NCBI GenBank assembly: GCA_051362555.1
Contig: CM120642.1
Location: forward strand, 17,112,001-17,176,000
Source of the DNA: Lingula anatina
Lineage: Eukaryota > Animalia > Brachiopoda
Length of the DNA: 64,000 nt
Direction: 5' to 3'
The number at the start of each line of letters is the position of its first letter. Positions within the stretch are counted from its first letter, which is position 1. Of this stretch, positions 38,642 through 51,764 are shown piece by piece. The translations under genes were made by a program, and so were the position numbers. A model generated the notes under the pieces. That model was not told the origin of the DNA, searched no databases, and worked only from the letters and a program-made list of their open reading frames with translations.

Positions 38642-41600
38642 CTATCTTCCAAATACTGAAAGTAGAAAAATTCATGAAAATGTGAACATTCATTGGCAGA
38701 GGTAAATCAAATACTCTGATGCAAGAGGTGACAAAGAAACATAAACTGTTATCTAGAAGTGTGCAACTTATCATAAATGTACCCCTTCGAAAAATGACAG
38801 ATTTTAAAATATAAGATTTTAAGATATTATTTAAAAATAATATGTTAATAACAGTTATATTATATAACCACGCAAAATTATCTGAACCAGTCTGAAATTT
38901 GATATTTAAGTAAATGTGAGACAATTGGTCTGTGAACTTACTACATGCCCCATCAGAACAACTCGATTGTTGGTCGACCTTATTGTAGCAGCAGGAACCG
39001 TTATATGTGCAGTACTTCCCGCCGCCACTGGGGACAGGAGAATTGCAGTACTTGGCACGCTTCTTTTGGCAGAAAAAACTGCATGTACTCCAGGGGGTCC
39101 AAGAACCCCAGTTACCGTCCACTGAAATTTTAGTAATATCAAAAAAGGAGGATTCAAAACGGGATATAGATTTTTCTGTCAACGTTATAGGGAACACCTT
39201 GGTGAAAAAAGATGGTTACTAAAATTTGTATGAACATATTTGATTGCTCCTGTCCTTGTTAAGACTATATAACGTAGCTAACAAAGGGTAGGGGGAATGC
39301 AAATTCAAATGAAAGATTCAAAAGAAAAATTCCCCTTTTTATTTGCTAAATGTTTTTAATAAGGAATGAGGAGTAATGTAATATTTCTTGCTTCATTGTA
39401 CGATCGCATTTTAGATACAGTTCTGAAGTGAAAAACATCATTTAAGCCCATCTTTATCTTATATAAAAGAAGAGTTAGCCAGATGCATACCTTTTTCGTC
39501 AATACAAGGCCCTGCATCACACGAAGCTTTGCTGGTGAGCTTATTATACTGACAAATGCCATTGTAACAGCACCACGAGCCACCGTTAGATGGCGCTGGG
39601 CTATCACATGACTTCACGCGTGATCTTTCTCCTTTACCGCATTGGACGCTGCAATCAGACCACGCGCTCCAGTCTCCCCAGTTACCGTCGACTTTTGCAG
39701 CTAAATAGAAAAGTGGTTACAATCAATTAGTCAGAAACTGAGACAATTGGAGGACAAGTCTCTCTGCAAGTTTCCTTTTTAAAGTTATCGGTAAAAGAGC
39801 GTTAAACCATTGTTAGTGACAAACAAAATACTGGGAAAAAGGGGGCACGACGCAAGCAGTACTAACCCGGGCAATTTTCTGTGTTGCACGGTTCGGATTC
39901 ACTAGCAACACCTTCGTCGCAATCGCCTCCAACGCACGTGCGAGTCCTTGATTTACTCCCTCCCCCGCAGGTGGCGCTGCACTCGGCCCATTCTCCCCAC
40001 TGACCCCACGTGCCTGCAGTACATAAAATGTGAAACTTACAAATCTGAACGAAGATTTAAAAAAGTCCTACTCCCTTTGCTCAAATTGAAACAAATGGGT
40101 CTCAGCTATTGAATCCTCGCAGTAAGTGAAACAGGACGAGCGTTAAGCTGAAGTTTCCAAAATTCTCACTTTTTATTGAGATAACAGAAAAGGGAAAATG
40201 TACCTAATTTCTCACACGGCCCTGCATCACATGATTCCTTGTTTGTAAGTTTGTTGAACTGACACATGCCGTTGTAGCAACACCACGACCCGCCGTTAGA
40301 TGGCGCTGGGTTGTTGCACAATATATCACGTGATTTTTCCCCTTTACCGCATTGGACGCTGCAAGCAGACCACGTGCTCCAATCACTCCAGTTACCGTCA
40401 ACAGATCCAGCTAAAAAAAAGTAAGTTGAGAATATCCTAAACTTAATTTGCAGCAAAAATATATATCAACGCAAATATCTGCAAAATTATACAAAACAAA
40501 AGCTTGATTACTCCTAAAGTCACGATCACAAAACAGAGGGCCGCAATATTTAAAAGAAATCTCCCACACGTACCCGGGCAGGGGGCCGTATTGCACGGCT
40601 CAGATTCATCAGCAACCCCCTCGTCACAAACGCCGTTCTTGCAGGTACGGGTTCTTAATTTCGTCCCACCGCCACAGGTGGCGCTACAGGTTGTCCATGG
40701 ACCCCACTCTGACCACGTGCCTGAGAAGGAGAGAATTACTTTATTAGTTTAATTGTTATTGAAAACACGACTTGCCAGTTTCAAAAAACTTACTTCGATG
40801 GTATAAATTGAGACCTTGCACTAAAATGGGTCCATGAAGTAGACTCCTCACTTCTATGCTCTATTAGAAATATGAAGATGCGCAAGGTGAGGTGCAATAT
40901 CTAAAATCCATTTACAGGCCTTATAAACGGTTTTGGCGTTTACTAACACTACCCGCAGTTTTTTAGGCACTAACGCCCATATTAACCACAAAACCCACGA
41001 ATTAACCTACACACCGTGAAATTATTTAACACCAACAAGGTGATACCTAGCACTAACATTCATCTACTCTGGTAATGCTGGTTAACTTTTGGGTTATGTG
41101 GTTAATATGGGTGTTATTAAGTTAGTGCTAAAAGATCTGCGGGTAGTTTTAGTAAACGCCTAATCCGTTTATAAGTCATTTAGATAAATAGTCCTATATA
41201 GAGTTTAGATATCCACGTTTTCCTACCTGGACAAGTGTTTGTATTGCATGGACTGCTCTCCTGGTTTGTCCCGTTGCACGTGACGCCACCATCGCAGCTC
41301 CTGGTTCGAGAAAAAGTTCCTCCCCCACAGGTCTTTGAGCAGTCGGACCATCCTCCCCACTCTCCCCATTTTGGCGCTACAGTAATAGTTTTGTTCATTA
41401 CGTTTTAATATCTTAATTAAAGTTAACAACAAACTAAGAGCGGTGGGCGACAAAAATATCTTTTCTTACAAATTTTCATAAAACTCGTAATTGTCAGAAA
41501 TACTAACGTTTTAAAACTTAATCACATTTGCCGTGGAGCAATTAAGAAATTGTAAATGACTACGTAAAATATATGCATGACACATGTACTTTTATTAAAC

Positions 41601-44479
41601 AAGAACATAAATGTAAATAAATTTTCTGAGCGGACAAAGTTGCATTTATTACTTGAAAACTTACTGATCCCAGGGCAACTGTCGCTATTACAGGCTCGAG
41701 ATTCACTGTCGCTCCCAGGACAGTCACTTCCACCATCACATGTTCTTGATCTTGTCTGACTTCCGCCACCACACGTGACAGTGCACGTGGTCCATGGTTT
41801 CCATTCTGTCCAGGTTCCACCTATCATAGATCAAAATTATGCCATAATTTTTTTTCATTTAATTGTTAAGCTTAGTACAGTACGAATACTATCGACTTTA
41901 ATTGCTTACGTTTTGCATTAATTTATGTATATGCTAACGTAAAGGGTTCAGTGGTTTCCTTTCAATTCCATTTCGTCTGTTAATAATGGCTACGTTTTGC
42001 ATATGGTTCAAGCCTATGGTGCTGTAGATATTTTCTAGCAGTTTAACTGGTCGGTTCTAATTTACAATAACTGGAAACTTGCCATCTGAACCTACGTATA
42101 GGTCAGGTAACAAAATGCTTTTATCACATCTGCTTTATGTGCACTTTTTAAACACTGACATGCTTTTGCGCTGCATCCTTCCGTTTGCGTGCCATCACCA
42201 GGACACGACAAAGCTACAGGGCATGTTCGTGAACGCTTGCGTGTACCACTGCCACAAGAGGCGCTGCAACCGCTCCATGCACCCCAATCACTCCAAATGC
42301 CTAAAAGATGAAGTAGCGTTATTTTGGTAGGACAGTATACGCACATACATAGCATGAAATAAAATGAGCAAAATAGTTAAAGCCACCCTAGTAATAAACG
42401 TTATGGGACTTGAAAGGGAGATCGAATGTTACCGTAGGATAAAAGAAGATAAAGTGCGTTCTGTAAGTGTAAGAAATAGAGGAGGTGAGTTTTGAAGGAC
42501 TAGCATTCGTTTTGATAGGGGCTGTGTTATTAGTTGCACTACCCCAGTAACTTACCCGCCTTTTGTGACTGTTCATAATAGTAGCATTGTATACAGCACC
42601 AACCGGACGACCTAATTTGGTCGTTTTTGCATAACGTTTTCCCATCCCTGTTGATAGCCGACTCGCACGTTTCCATACCGAGGCCGACGTTGATCTTAGC
42701 TGCGTCGGAGTCTTTACACAGGTCGCCAGGCCAGCCTAAACACATTTGTGATAGCGATAAAGCATCAATTAGAACTTTTTATATTAGATTAAAATAATAA
42801 ACTATTATGTAAAAAAAGCACTTAGAGAGCGCAGGCCTCCGCCAAGGCAGCAAAGTCTCCATCCAATGCCGTTTCACCCCTAAATTTTCGATATTTTTTA
42901 TTATTGATCCGGATCACCACCAAAAACTAATCATCTGTTCCTTGGCCCACTCCTGACAGTTCCTGAAAATTTCATAAAAATCGGTCCATAACTTAATTTT
43001 TGATTTTTGACTATTGACTATTGATTATTGATTGATTATTGACCCGGATCACCACCAAAAACTAATCACTTCTAAGTTAACCCATTTCTGACCTATCCCG
43101 AAAATTCCATCGAAATTCATTGTTAACTTTTTGAGTTATGTTGATGACAAACAAACAAACAAACAGGGATGAAAACATAACCTCCTTGGCGGAGGTAACG
43201 ACTACATGAACCCAAGATCAGAAATGTTTTTCAGTTGTTAATAGTTTTGAAGATGAAAACTTAAAAGACAGATTTCAACTTCTATCGTTATTTTCGTTTT
43301 CGAGAGAGTTTCCTTAATGATATTTACAGCTATCTGAATTGCCATTTTTTAAATTTACCCATCTCTTAGCTGAAGGAGATATAGATGTAATAAACCATGT
43401 ATAAAGACATAGCAGTAATAGAAAGGTACAAACGCCGACTTACCGTACGGACACCATGTAGTATCCTTCTCTGTACTACGACCAGAACTTTGTGCTGGGG
43501 TGATTTTCTTGTCGACACACCTGCCCTCTATACACCATTTTCCATCTGCGCAGTCAGTGCCATCTGCCGGTGGTTTAAATTTGTGAGAACAGGTCAAAGC
43601 ACCAGTCTTGCAGCGCAAATACTGGCAAAAGTTATCAGCTCCAAAAACCTGGAAAATGGGACGTAAACTTTAGCAGTTTTTTTAAACATCTTGGCTGAAT
43701 TACCCGTAAAAAATCAACAGCACGTTTAATAACAATTAACAGCAGTATGTAGTCAAATGTGAATGTTGCTGGGATCGAGCACAATGCAAATATTGATATA
43801 CGAAACGCGTTTATATGCATTATTTTCAATGGATAGAAAAGCAAAATCCGCCATAAATGATCGTTGAGAAAGTATCAAATGCACGATTAAAATACTTTTT
43901 AAGGATCATCTTTGTCACCTGTGTCACTTTATTGGGTCGCAACAGAAATAGAAGGAAAGTCGTACATTACACGTAGAGGAACCGCCTCCGTGTTGCATCT
44001 GGCACTGTTGGTTAGCATCAAATAGTTGACCAGGACGACGTCGAGTATTGGCTGCATATTCCGCTGAATTTTCATATTTCCCATCATCTACAAGGCAGCA
44101 GGCACCTCTGGAATTGTACAAATCATTTTCAAATTTTTTCTTCAATATGTTTGTACATGTAAGTGTATGCATTCGTATTCTGTATGGGAAAAGTACGAAT
44201 GAATGATGAATGTTTGCGAAAGGCAGTTTCAACACACAAACGATTCTTTAACAAACCATCTGTTCAATGTTGGTACGGCACATGTAACTGATTGTAGTTT
44301 AAAATAAGTTATCTTAATTCACCTAAGGGTTTTCTTAAATTCTGCAACAGAACAGTCGGAGAAATAATAGCCACTGCTCGGATCAGAACCCCCCGACGTC
44401 GGCGCCATGATGTAGCCGTTGCTGGCAGGACATGCGGTGTTGGTACCGGAACCATCGTGGGTAGCTCCTAGGCTGTAAT

Positions 44480-44565
<86 letters not shown>

Positions 44566-47500
44566 GGTAAAATTTTCTTTTATCACAAAGTCTAAATTGA
44601 CCTTCGGGTAAGCGCTCTAATCTTATACGCCTTTTACTGTTGAATTCGAACAATAAGTACTCTTATTATTTAAGATGTATTTGGCGTTAAACATATTTAT
44701 TTGTTCGTTTAATAGTAGGAAATTTGCACCCAATTCGAAATATATATAACAATCTAAAACTTTAAATACACTATTAATAAATATATACTCACTTGTGTCC
44801 AAGCTCATGGGCCGCCGTGATGAAGGAAGTGAAGCCCCCGTGAGACTCCACGATGGAGCACGAGGAAGAACGTGAACATATCCCCGCAACAGGGGCTACG
44901 CCTGCCACAGCAGTGTCAAAAGCGTTGGAGGCTAGTTCTCGCCTAGTGGGTAACAGAAAATGAGACTGGGGTAAATTATTGGAAATTGCTTCTAATAGGT
45001 GGATAATTCATTTTTATTTTTTTATTTTTATCAAGGTTTCCAGTAGGTACCAATTCTAACGTCCAAATTGATTAATTTCGGTACAAGTGCATTTTGCAGT
45101 GGATATAACCCAACATCTGCAATGCACAAATGCCGTATGATATATACTAAAACAACAATATCAGCAATAGAGCGTGCAAGTCTGAATATTTGTACGTTTC
45201 TCCTACTGTAAACCACAAAAGAGTGCTCATTAAATATTTACATTCTCATTATGAACAAAACCTACATTGTAAAGGCCATCCCGTGATCGTGTTCGGGCAG
45301 GTCATCATAGTTATCTTTCCTGTACTTGCACCAGTCGTCCGAGGCCTTTGTCTTGTCCACTAGGACACGTCCGTCTTTAGTTGGGGCACCGGGAAGCACA
45401 TTGCCACTGAACCAGCGGGCGCCCTCTGGGGTCTAAAAACAGAATCAAATTTAATTCAGGACCATTACCAGAGATTAAAAAGTTTAAGGCAAACCAACAA
45501 ACTATGCATATTTTGCAGTAACGACTTCTTTCTCGACCAGAGGTTGAAAAGCTAAAGGTAAACCAACAAATTATGCATGCTTGGCAGAAACGATTGTCGT
45601 TGCATTCAGATGTTCGCATTGTGGATTGTTATCCCATCAGATACATCTCGTTGGAAAAATATTATTATATCCCATTACAGCGTGTGACGTTTTGGTGACG
45701 TAGCAGTCACGTGGTCCTAAGGTTTTTGTTTACTAGGTAGTAGCAATTTTGCATGCTCTCTGCATGTACATTTCCGTGCCAGAGACAAACTTACCTTTAC
45801 AATTATTATAGCTGACAGTACAATGTAGATGTTCAAATCTGGGTCATCTATGTTCTGGTAACGAAGATCTATCTGTAAAATTACAAATAGTTGTAGATGT
45901 ACTTAAATTTTGAAACGCTTTCTTTTTTATAGTTTAATGCCTACAAGTGTATACATGTCCTCTTTGCATTCTTTGCATGGGTTTGCTCTAGTGGAATTAG
46001 GAATACTAAAGGATCAAGGATATCAATAAGAAAATGGCATGTCTCTTTTCACCCCACCCTTCTCATTGCGATGAAAAAGACATTTTCAAGTAACAATTAA
46101 GCGCACATTTTTCTATATATACGTGTGTGAAAAAAATTGCTGTTATTATTTTATATATATATATATATATATATATGACAATAGACACCTAGGTCCCGCA
46201 TATCATAACAATGATCAAGATTAAAAGCACAGATGTAATGATTAAATGCATGTGTGTATGCGTATATGCAAAATGCGTACATGTGACACCTGTGAGTGAC
46301 ACCTGTGAATAATACCTACCCCGTTTGCAATTAACGAATAGTATTTCCTCAGCTCGGCCTCCGCTGCCGAGGCAACTTGATTATTGCGCTTCATAAAATA
46401 ATCCCAGATAGTATCATCAGTGCAAATTAGAAGTTCAATGGCGGCGTCTATATGGCCCTCCGTGAAAGCCTTGTTTGACCTCAGTTCAACTTCTTTCTCG
46501 GTTCTCTTGACGTTAACTTTCTCCAAAACTTCTAGAAGGGAATGGAGGAGCTTTGAGTCTGCTGCCGAAGATCGCTTAGCTCGATCCAGTTTCACTTCAC
46601 GGACGCTTAATGGCACTGAAATGGTAAAAATGAAACAAACGTTGATGTCTTACATGTGCATCACACTCGGTTCTATACATCTTACAAATATATAAATGTC
46701 TGAATTTCCAGTTTTAGTGTACTTTTGAATAGTGATTACAATTAAGAAACATTTTACTTGATCGTGCAGCATTTATGCATACATGCATACAGGTAGTGCA
46801 CCCAAACCCAATACAGAGGTGCATTTCACATGTTGAAGTGTCAAGAAATAAAATTGAATGAATTCAAAGTTGTATTCAATTTTTTAAAACATATATGTGT
46901 ATAGAACAAAAATCCACGAGTGTCTCAATTTAAATTCAATTTTTATTTTTACCATGTCTTTTACATTACGCAAAGATTTTTAATTAGTAACGTATGTTCC
47001 AAAAACGTACGGTAACGTATGTTCCGGGTCATTGAATTTAAATTTTTATACCGCGTTCCGATATATTTTGTAGTGGTTCAGTCATGGTAAATTAGACATG
47101 ACGTCAGGACGTTTTTATAAATATTAAAACTATAACTCATAAGGTGCTTTGCGTGATTCTAATACTAGGTAACGTATATTCCCTCGAAAAATTATTATAA
47201 TTTTTCATTTTGTCTAAGTTCTTGGTGCAAGAGTAAACACTTTTCTTTTGCTGACCGAAAAATATATTGTGATTCCATGATAGTTTGACATTTCTTATAT
47301 AATATTTAGAGCACGAGGGGAAAATAATTTTTAATGCTTATTTTGCTGTCGGTAGGGTGTATTTTCCCCGTTTTTTTTAATATTCAGTGACAGGCAAACT
47401 TAAGTTGCTGAAAGACAATTAATTGCTCTATACAGAAGATTATCATAATTTTTTACAAGGTCATAGGCCTACTTGTAGGAGATAAATCAAAGCACAAAAT

Positions 47501-50292
47501 CCAGTGATGATTGAATTTTCAAAGTGAGTAAAACGTTTCATAGTTGAACGTTTTGCATTTGTGACAGTAACGTATGTTCCTTTTTGGGGATAGAAGTTGA
47601 ATTATTTTTTATTAATCATGGTTCCAGAAGAGTGAAACTTTGATATAAACTTCTTCACGTGGGACCCTAAAATAATCAGACATAGTTTGCAATCTGTGCA
47701 CTAAATGTTTTTAAGAGCATGCCTGTGACATCAATTGCACCTCTACCTATAACAATAGAATACTTTTCAAAACAGTTTTGAATTTAGTAGATTGGATATG
47801 CGTAAGAACGCTTAAAACCAATAAACGGCTTTTGTGGATATAAGTGTTAAACGTTTATTTTTTAATAAATAAAACCCTCACCTGCGTCATCCATAGCTTC
47901 TGCCGGTTCGGCAACGGTATCGTCAATTTGGTGTCTTAAAACCATATATTTGTCATTTTCAACGTGTCGCAGCTCGTAAAAAGCATCCTTCTCCATCACA
48001 AAACCTTCCTAAAAACACAGCCAAGTTAAAAGTATTTAATCATTTCGATAAAGTTGTTTGATATCAAAAGAAACCGATTGAGGTAGGACGAGAGAATTTT
48101 CCAATATATTCATATATTAATGCTGAAATCCATTCGATTATTTGATACACCGGAGAGTGGTTTTGCATTAACCATAAAACATCTAAAAGGAAGCAGTATG
48201 CCTTTTTATAATATTTTTTTCTGTCTCCCAACGTAAGCAATTTCCGATACATGAGCTCACCGCAAAATATATTATATTTGATCTGTCCTTACCACTTTCT
48301 TCAGTGTATTCTCCTTGGTAACTGCCACCGCTGCATTGGAGTCTTTATCTTGGTAAAGAGCAAAATCCTGTAATAAAACACACTTTGTATGGTGTTGCTT
48401 CATAGTATCAAATCCAATAAGTTATTGATGATAATTTCAAATTAGGAAGACATCATCAAATGTTTTTTTTATCGCAATAACAAGATTTTGTTGTGAAATG
48501 ATATCTTATAAGCAGGCACATACGTTTACTTGCAGCTGTTTATCTGCCAATGTAATATGTTTGCTCCTAAGTAACGTATTTTACTGAGACAGCAACAGCA
48601 GGGTCAAGGTGCACAATTTGAATTGTCAAGGACGACAAACGACTTACGTCATTGTTCCCAAGGGACTTTGTCACCAGTTTACCGTCCTCCTCTACGTAGA
48701 GCTGCGATATCTTTGCCGGTTTAATGCGGTCATTTTTCACCAACCGGAGATCAAAATTCTTGCCGTGAGCATTAAATTGATACAGCAAATTCTGTTGGTG
48801 GTCTTCAATGTTCTCCAGTTCACGTTCAGCGAGACTGTCTATCTCGTTGACGTCGGTCACGTGTCTGAGGGTGACGAACTCCGCCTCTAGTTGAAAGCAA
48901 AGTGACACTTAGATATAGAACGTTCAATAAAGGTTTCACACGTAAGCATGTCATGATTTGAGAAAGTGACTTTCCATATAGTTTTTATTAAACTGTATCT
49001 AGCCTTTCATTTTGAAATCTTACCATCATTACTGTCAGCAAACCTGGTATTATGCTGTCATACCTGTTTTGAACGTTATTATGCTCCTTTTCAATATATC
49101 ACATGCATGTGAATACGAAAATCTTGGCACCCATGATACTGGCAGAAGTAACAAGGGACAATACTAATCTATCTGTCAAACCCCATTAACTTCCTTCAGT
49201 TTAATTATACCTTCTGGGTATATTTTCATTGAAGACAAGACTTACTTTACTGGGATGCTTAGATTGCACTGACCTCTTCGGTGAATGAATTTTATGTGAA
49301 CAATTTGACACTCCATTTAATACCGTTTACTTCTTTCAATATGACAGCTTTTCATGAAAGCATTCTATTTCGAACACAAACTGCACTTTTGCTTATAAGA
49401 CTTGCTAAAGTCTAGTTTTAGCCAACTAACTTACTAAGAACTTATCGGGACAACAATTTCAAACTTTATGCCCACGCGATATTCAAATCTCCCATTAGCA
49501 TTTGTGAGTGAGCGTGATAAAATCTTAACGCCCACGGGCACCTGGGGATTCATGAAGTTGAGTCTGCTTTTTATACTTATCCTGCTACATATCGAGATCG
49601 ACAACGATCGACAGAATTAGATTAAGGGGTATAATGGAATATTTTTATCCATGTTTTAACCCTCACTGAAGGCGGGGCCAGTCATTTTATATTTCAAATT
49701 GCTCTAGAAGGCATGCAAATTAGTAGTGAAGAAAAGATGAAAAAGAAAAGGATTTGGACAGTAATAACACAATATCGTACTTTGAAACGGAAAGCGAGTT
49801 TTCCTAAATCAATGACCATTTTCTGGTAAAACGATTTTAGTCATATTAAATGATGTGTTCAAATTCCCAATGCTTTGCGATGTTTTACATTGGGAATCTG
49901 TATCATATCGGCTTTCTGCAACTATCAAAGACATTATACCTACTTTCCGGTGAAATACGTAACACAATTATGAATTAACTTTTGCCTTGATTGTTTTTAT
50001 AAAGTAACACAACACGCGTGTGTGCCTGAGTTTGAATACTTAGACAACTGTCAAAATTACGTTTTATTCATCCCTCCACACGCACTTGCACTTCTAAACT
50101 ACATTATAGCAGTAGAAAGTTCCGATACAATAGCAATAGTATACAGTAGATTTAACGACACGAAGGACTCTTCCACTTACTTGTTTTTGAATCTATCTCC
50201 AAGGTATCCCGCCCATGGCAGTTAATCACCGCAAGTGTCAGCAACGTTACGAAACATAAGACATAATAACAGAAAGAGGAAATCCGCAGCAT
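38642..50292 (-). CDS. ADAMTS-like M12B (reprolysin) metalloprotease: signal peptide, prodomain, furin site, catalytic domain, disintegrin-like/Cys-rich, PLAC-like module, 8 thrombospondin type-1 repeats; 21 exons, ~1090 aa
   Basis: Exons (5'->3'): 50292-50181, 48886-48648, 48367-48293, 48008-47882, 46615-46320, 45872-45795, 45432-45266, 44942-44793, 44472-44323, 44107-43966, 43648-43444, 42735-42556, 42300-42160, 41820-41665, 41376-41227, 40720-40574, 40410-40204, 40013-39867, 39700-39491, 39121-38942, 38655-38642. Phases are consistent (3273 nt). Signal MLRISSFCYYVLCFVTLLTLAVINC, prodomain FNAHGKNFDLRL, RAKR, zinc motif AHELGHNLGATHDG split over two exons, Met-turn YIMAP, PGQLFDANQQC, DGTDC..GKWCIEGRC, WxxWxxWxxCSxxCG repeats. 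Confidence 0.92.
40915..41177. mobile_element. Palindromic MITE (family shared with 55963-56226)
   Basis: CTTATAAACGG..GGCGTTTACTAACACTACCCGCAG / CTGCGGGTAGTTTTAGTAAACGCC..CCGTTTATAAG arms; body aligns with 55963-56226. Confidence 0.85.
42815..43198 (-). mobile_element. Small HINE/DINE-like non-autonomous Helentron element (second family)
   Basis: On the minus strand: 5' TTACCTCCGCCAAGGAGGTTA hairpin, (GTTT)n microsatellite, two internal repeats (CCGGATCACCACCAAAAACTAATCA on +), 3' CTTGGCGGAGG subTIR, then GCGCTCTCTAAGTGC hairpin and T run. Confidence 0.8.
44486..44566. repeat. (TA)n microsatellite plus poly-T, 12 nt from the acceptor of the second zinc-motif exon
   Basis: Direct read; acceptor AG at 44474-44473. 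Confidence 0.95.
46816..47743. mobile_element. Probable non-autonomous DNA transposon (short TIR, internal repeated motif)
   Basis: Termini GAGGTGCA / TGCACCTC with near-matching 4-bp flanks TACA/TACC; motif GTAACGTAT(G/A)TTCC four times (~46988, 47012, 47169, 47567). Superfamily uncertain (Sola-like termini). Confidence 0.55.
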
Positions 50293-50399
50293 CTTCAGAA
50301 ACCGGCAAGTACCAATTTCAACAAACCGACTGGTACCACTGGCTTTGCTTTATTTGACACCAGTTTGGGCGAAGTTTGCGTGTGTTGGTCATCATTCCA

Positions 50400-50408
50400 T
50401 TTTATATA
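50400..50408 (-). promoter_or_regulatory. Candidate TATA box of the minus-strand protease
   Basis: TATATAAAA on the minus strand ~110 nt upstream of the ATG at 50292. Confidence 0.5.
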
Positions 50409-51592
50409 CCCATCTGTTTATTAAAATTAATAGACTCTAATGGCCACCTCTGCAATATCTGAAATATTAATTTGCAGATCTTATCAATATGAGCCTGGAA
50501 GAGACAAAGGACGGATTGTGATTTGATGGATACTAAGGAGCTGAGATAAGTCCTTTTCTCCCCTGCACTACGCATAACACGTCTAAAGTAGTTATTATAC
50601 GTGGGCAGGAGTGTCCACCACTATTGCATAAGTTATTACAGCTGCCATGTTTTTAGGTGGTATATTTTTCGTTTGGTTAACGTTTGTTTTAAGAAAGAAA
50701 CCTGCTAGGGGGCGACTGATTTCGCCTCTTATATTCGCCAAAGAAGTTAATGAATGAAATTAAATTAATAGAAATAATAAAAATAAAAATTCGAAGGAAT
50801 TCAATTCTTGATAATGTTATTAGTATTTTACTAATTTGAAACAATGATAATAATTTGAACTTTCAGGGAATTTATACTCTCAGCCAGCAGAAAGATCATT
50901 TACAGAAAAGACCAACCGACATTTTAAAAATCTCCCATTTGTTGAAGCTACCAAACGATTTCAGTGCCTTTTTCTCTAAGAGGATCTGTAGCTGGTAGAG
51001 ACGGTATACATATATGAATACTACTATCTAGAATTATTTGCAAGTATACAAGATATGCAATGGATAACTTATACATTAGTCAACATGTTTTTGTCAGTTA
51101 CTGTAAACAAACCCATTAAACCAAATGAAAGAAATCTTTGTATGCAGTATATATGAGTTATTCATAACTTCACACCCGACTGAGTTGCTGAAAATGTACA
51201 GATACAAGTAATAATAATTTTTATCTGAACTGTCCAGTGAAAAACACTCAGAAGTGAGAACCATTTATATCGGCGATAAAGTGTAAGATGGAGCACAGTT
51301 GCTTTTTTTTCCAAAAGAGAGTCTGAGGCATTTAACCACAGCTTTGTAACTCGACCTTTCTACTTCCCTTAGGAGGCGACCACCAAGTGGACTGGGACTT
51401 GGTTATGCAATGATAGACTATCCATCTTTCCTCAACGAATATACACGCGACACGCGCGTTTTAAATGGATTTGGTCAAGCTTAGGACCTATCGAACATGG
51501 CTTCTAGGTCAAGGGGACCAAAGAGTCCCTGTCAAGCTCATTGAGCTGACAGACTGGCCATGTATGACCATGTATATTTCCTTCAATCAAAT

Positions 51593-51764
51593 CCGGTGTG
51601 GCAGGAATGGAAGTCCTAGGAATGGAAGTCTGGGGTCCCATATGATTAGTACAGGTTAGGGTTAGTCGGAGTATTGGGGTTAGTATATAGGACTAGTGTC
51701 ACCTGTACAAAGTAAAGGGAAACGGACTACGGTTCCTAGCGGACTTTCATTCCTGTTACACCGG
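51593..51764. mobile_element. ~170-bp MITE with CCGGTGT termini and internal GGTTAGGGTTAG
   Basis: CCGGTGTGGCAGGAATGGAAGTCC / GGACTTTCATTCCTGTTACACCGG; related copy at 1559-1729. Confidence 0.75.

Noticed and set aside
38505-39197. 230-aa ORF, longest in the track
   Set aside because: It is one 180-nt TSR exon plus intron read-through; splice sites at 39121 and 38942 are clear.
39580-40690. CTCF-like motifs (CCGTTAGATGGCGC, CAGGTGGCGC)
   Set aside because: They lie in TSR coding exons and are explained by the codons for PAPSNG and CSATC.
49622-49945. Possible Kolobok-like MITE (TTAAGGGGTATAATG ... CATTATACC)
   Set aside because: Only ~9-bp inverted match and no matching TSD; too weak to call.
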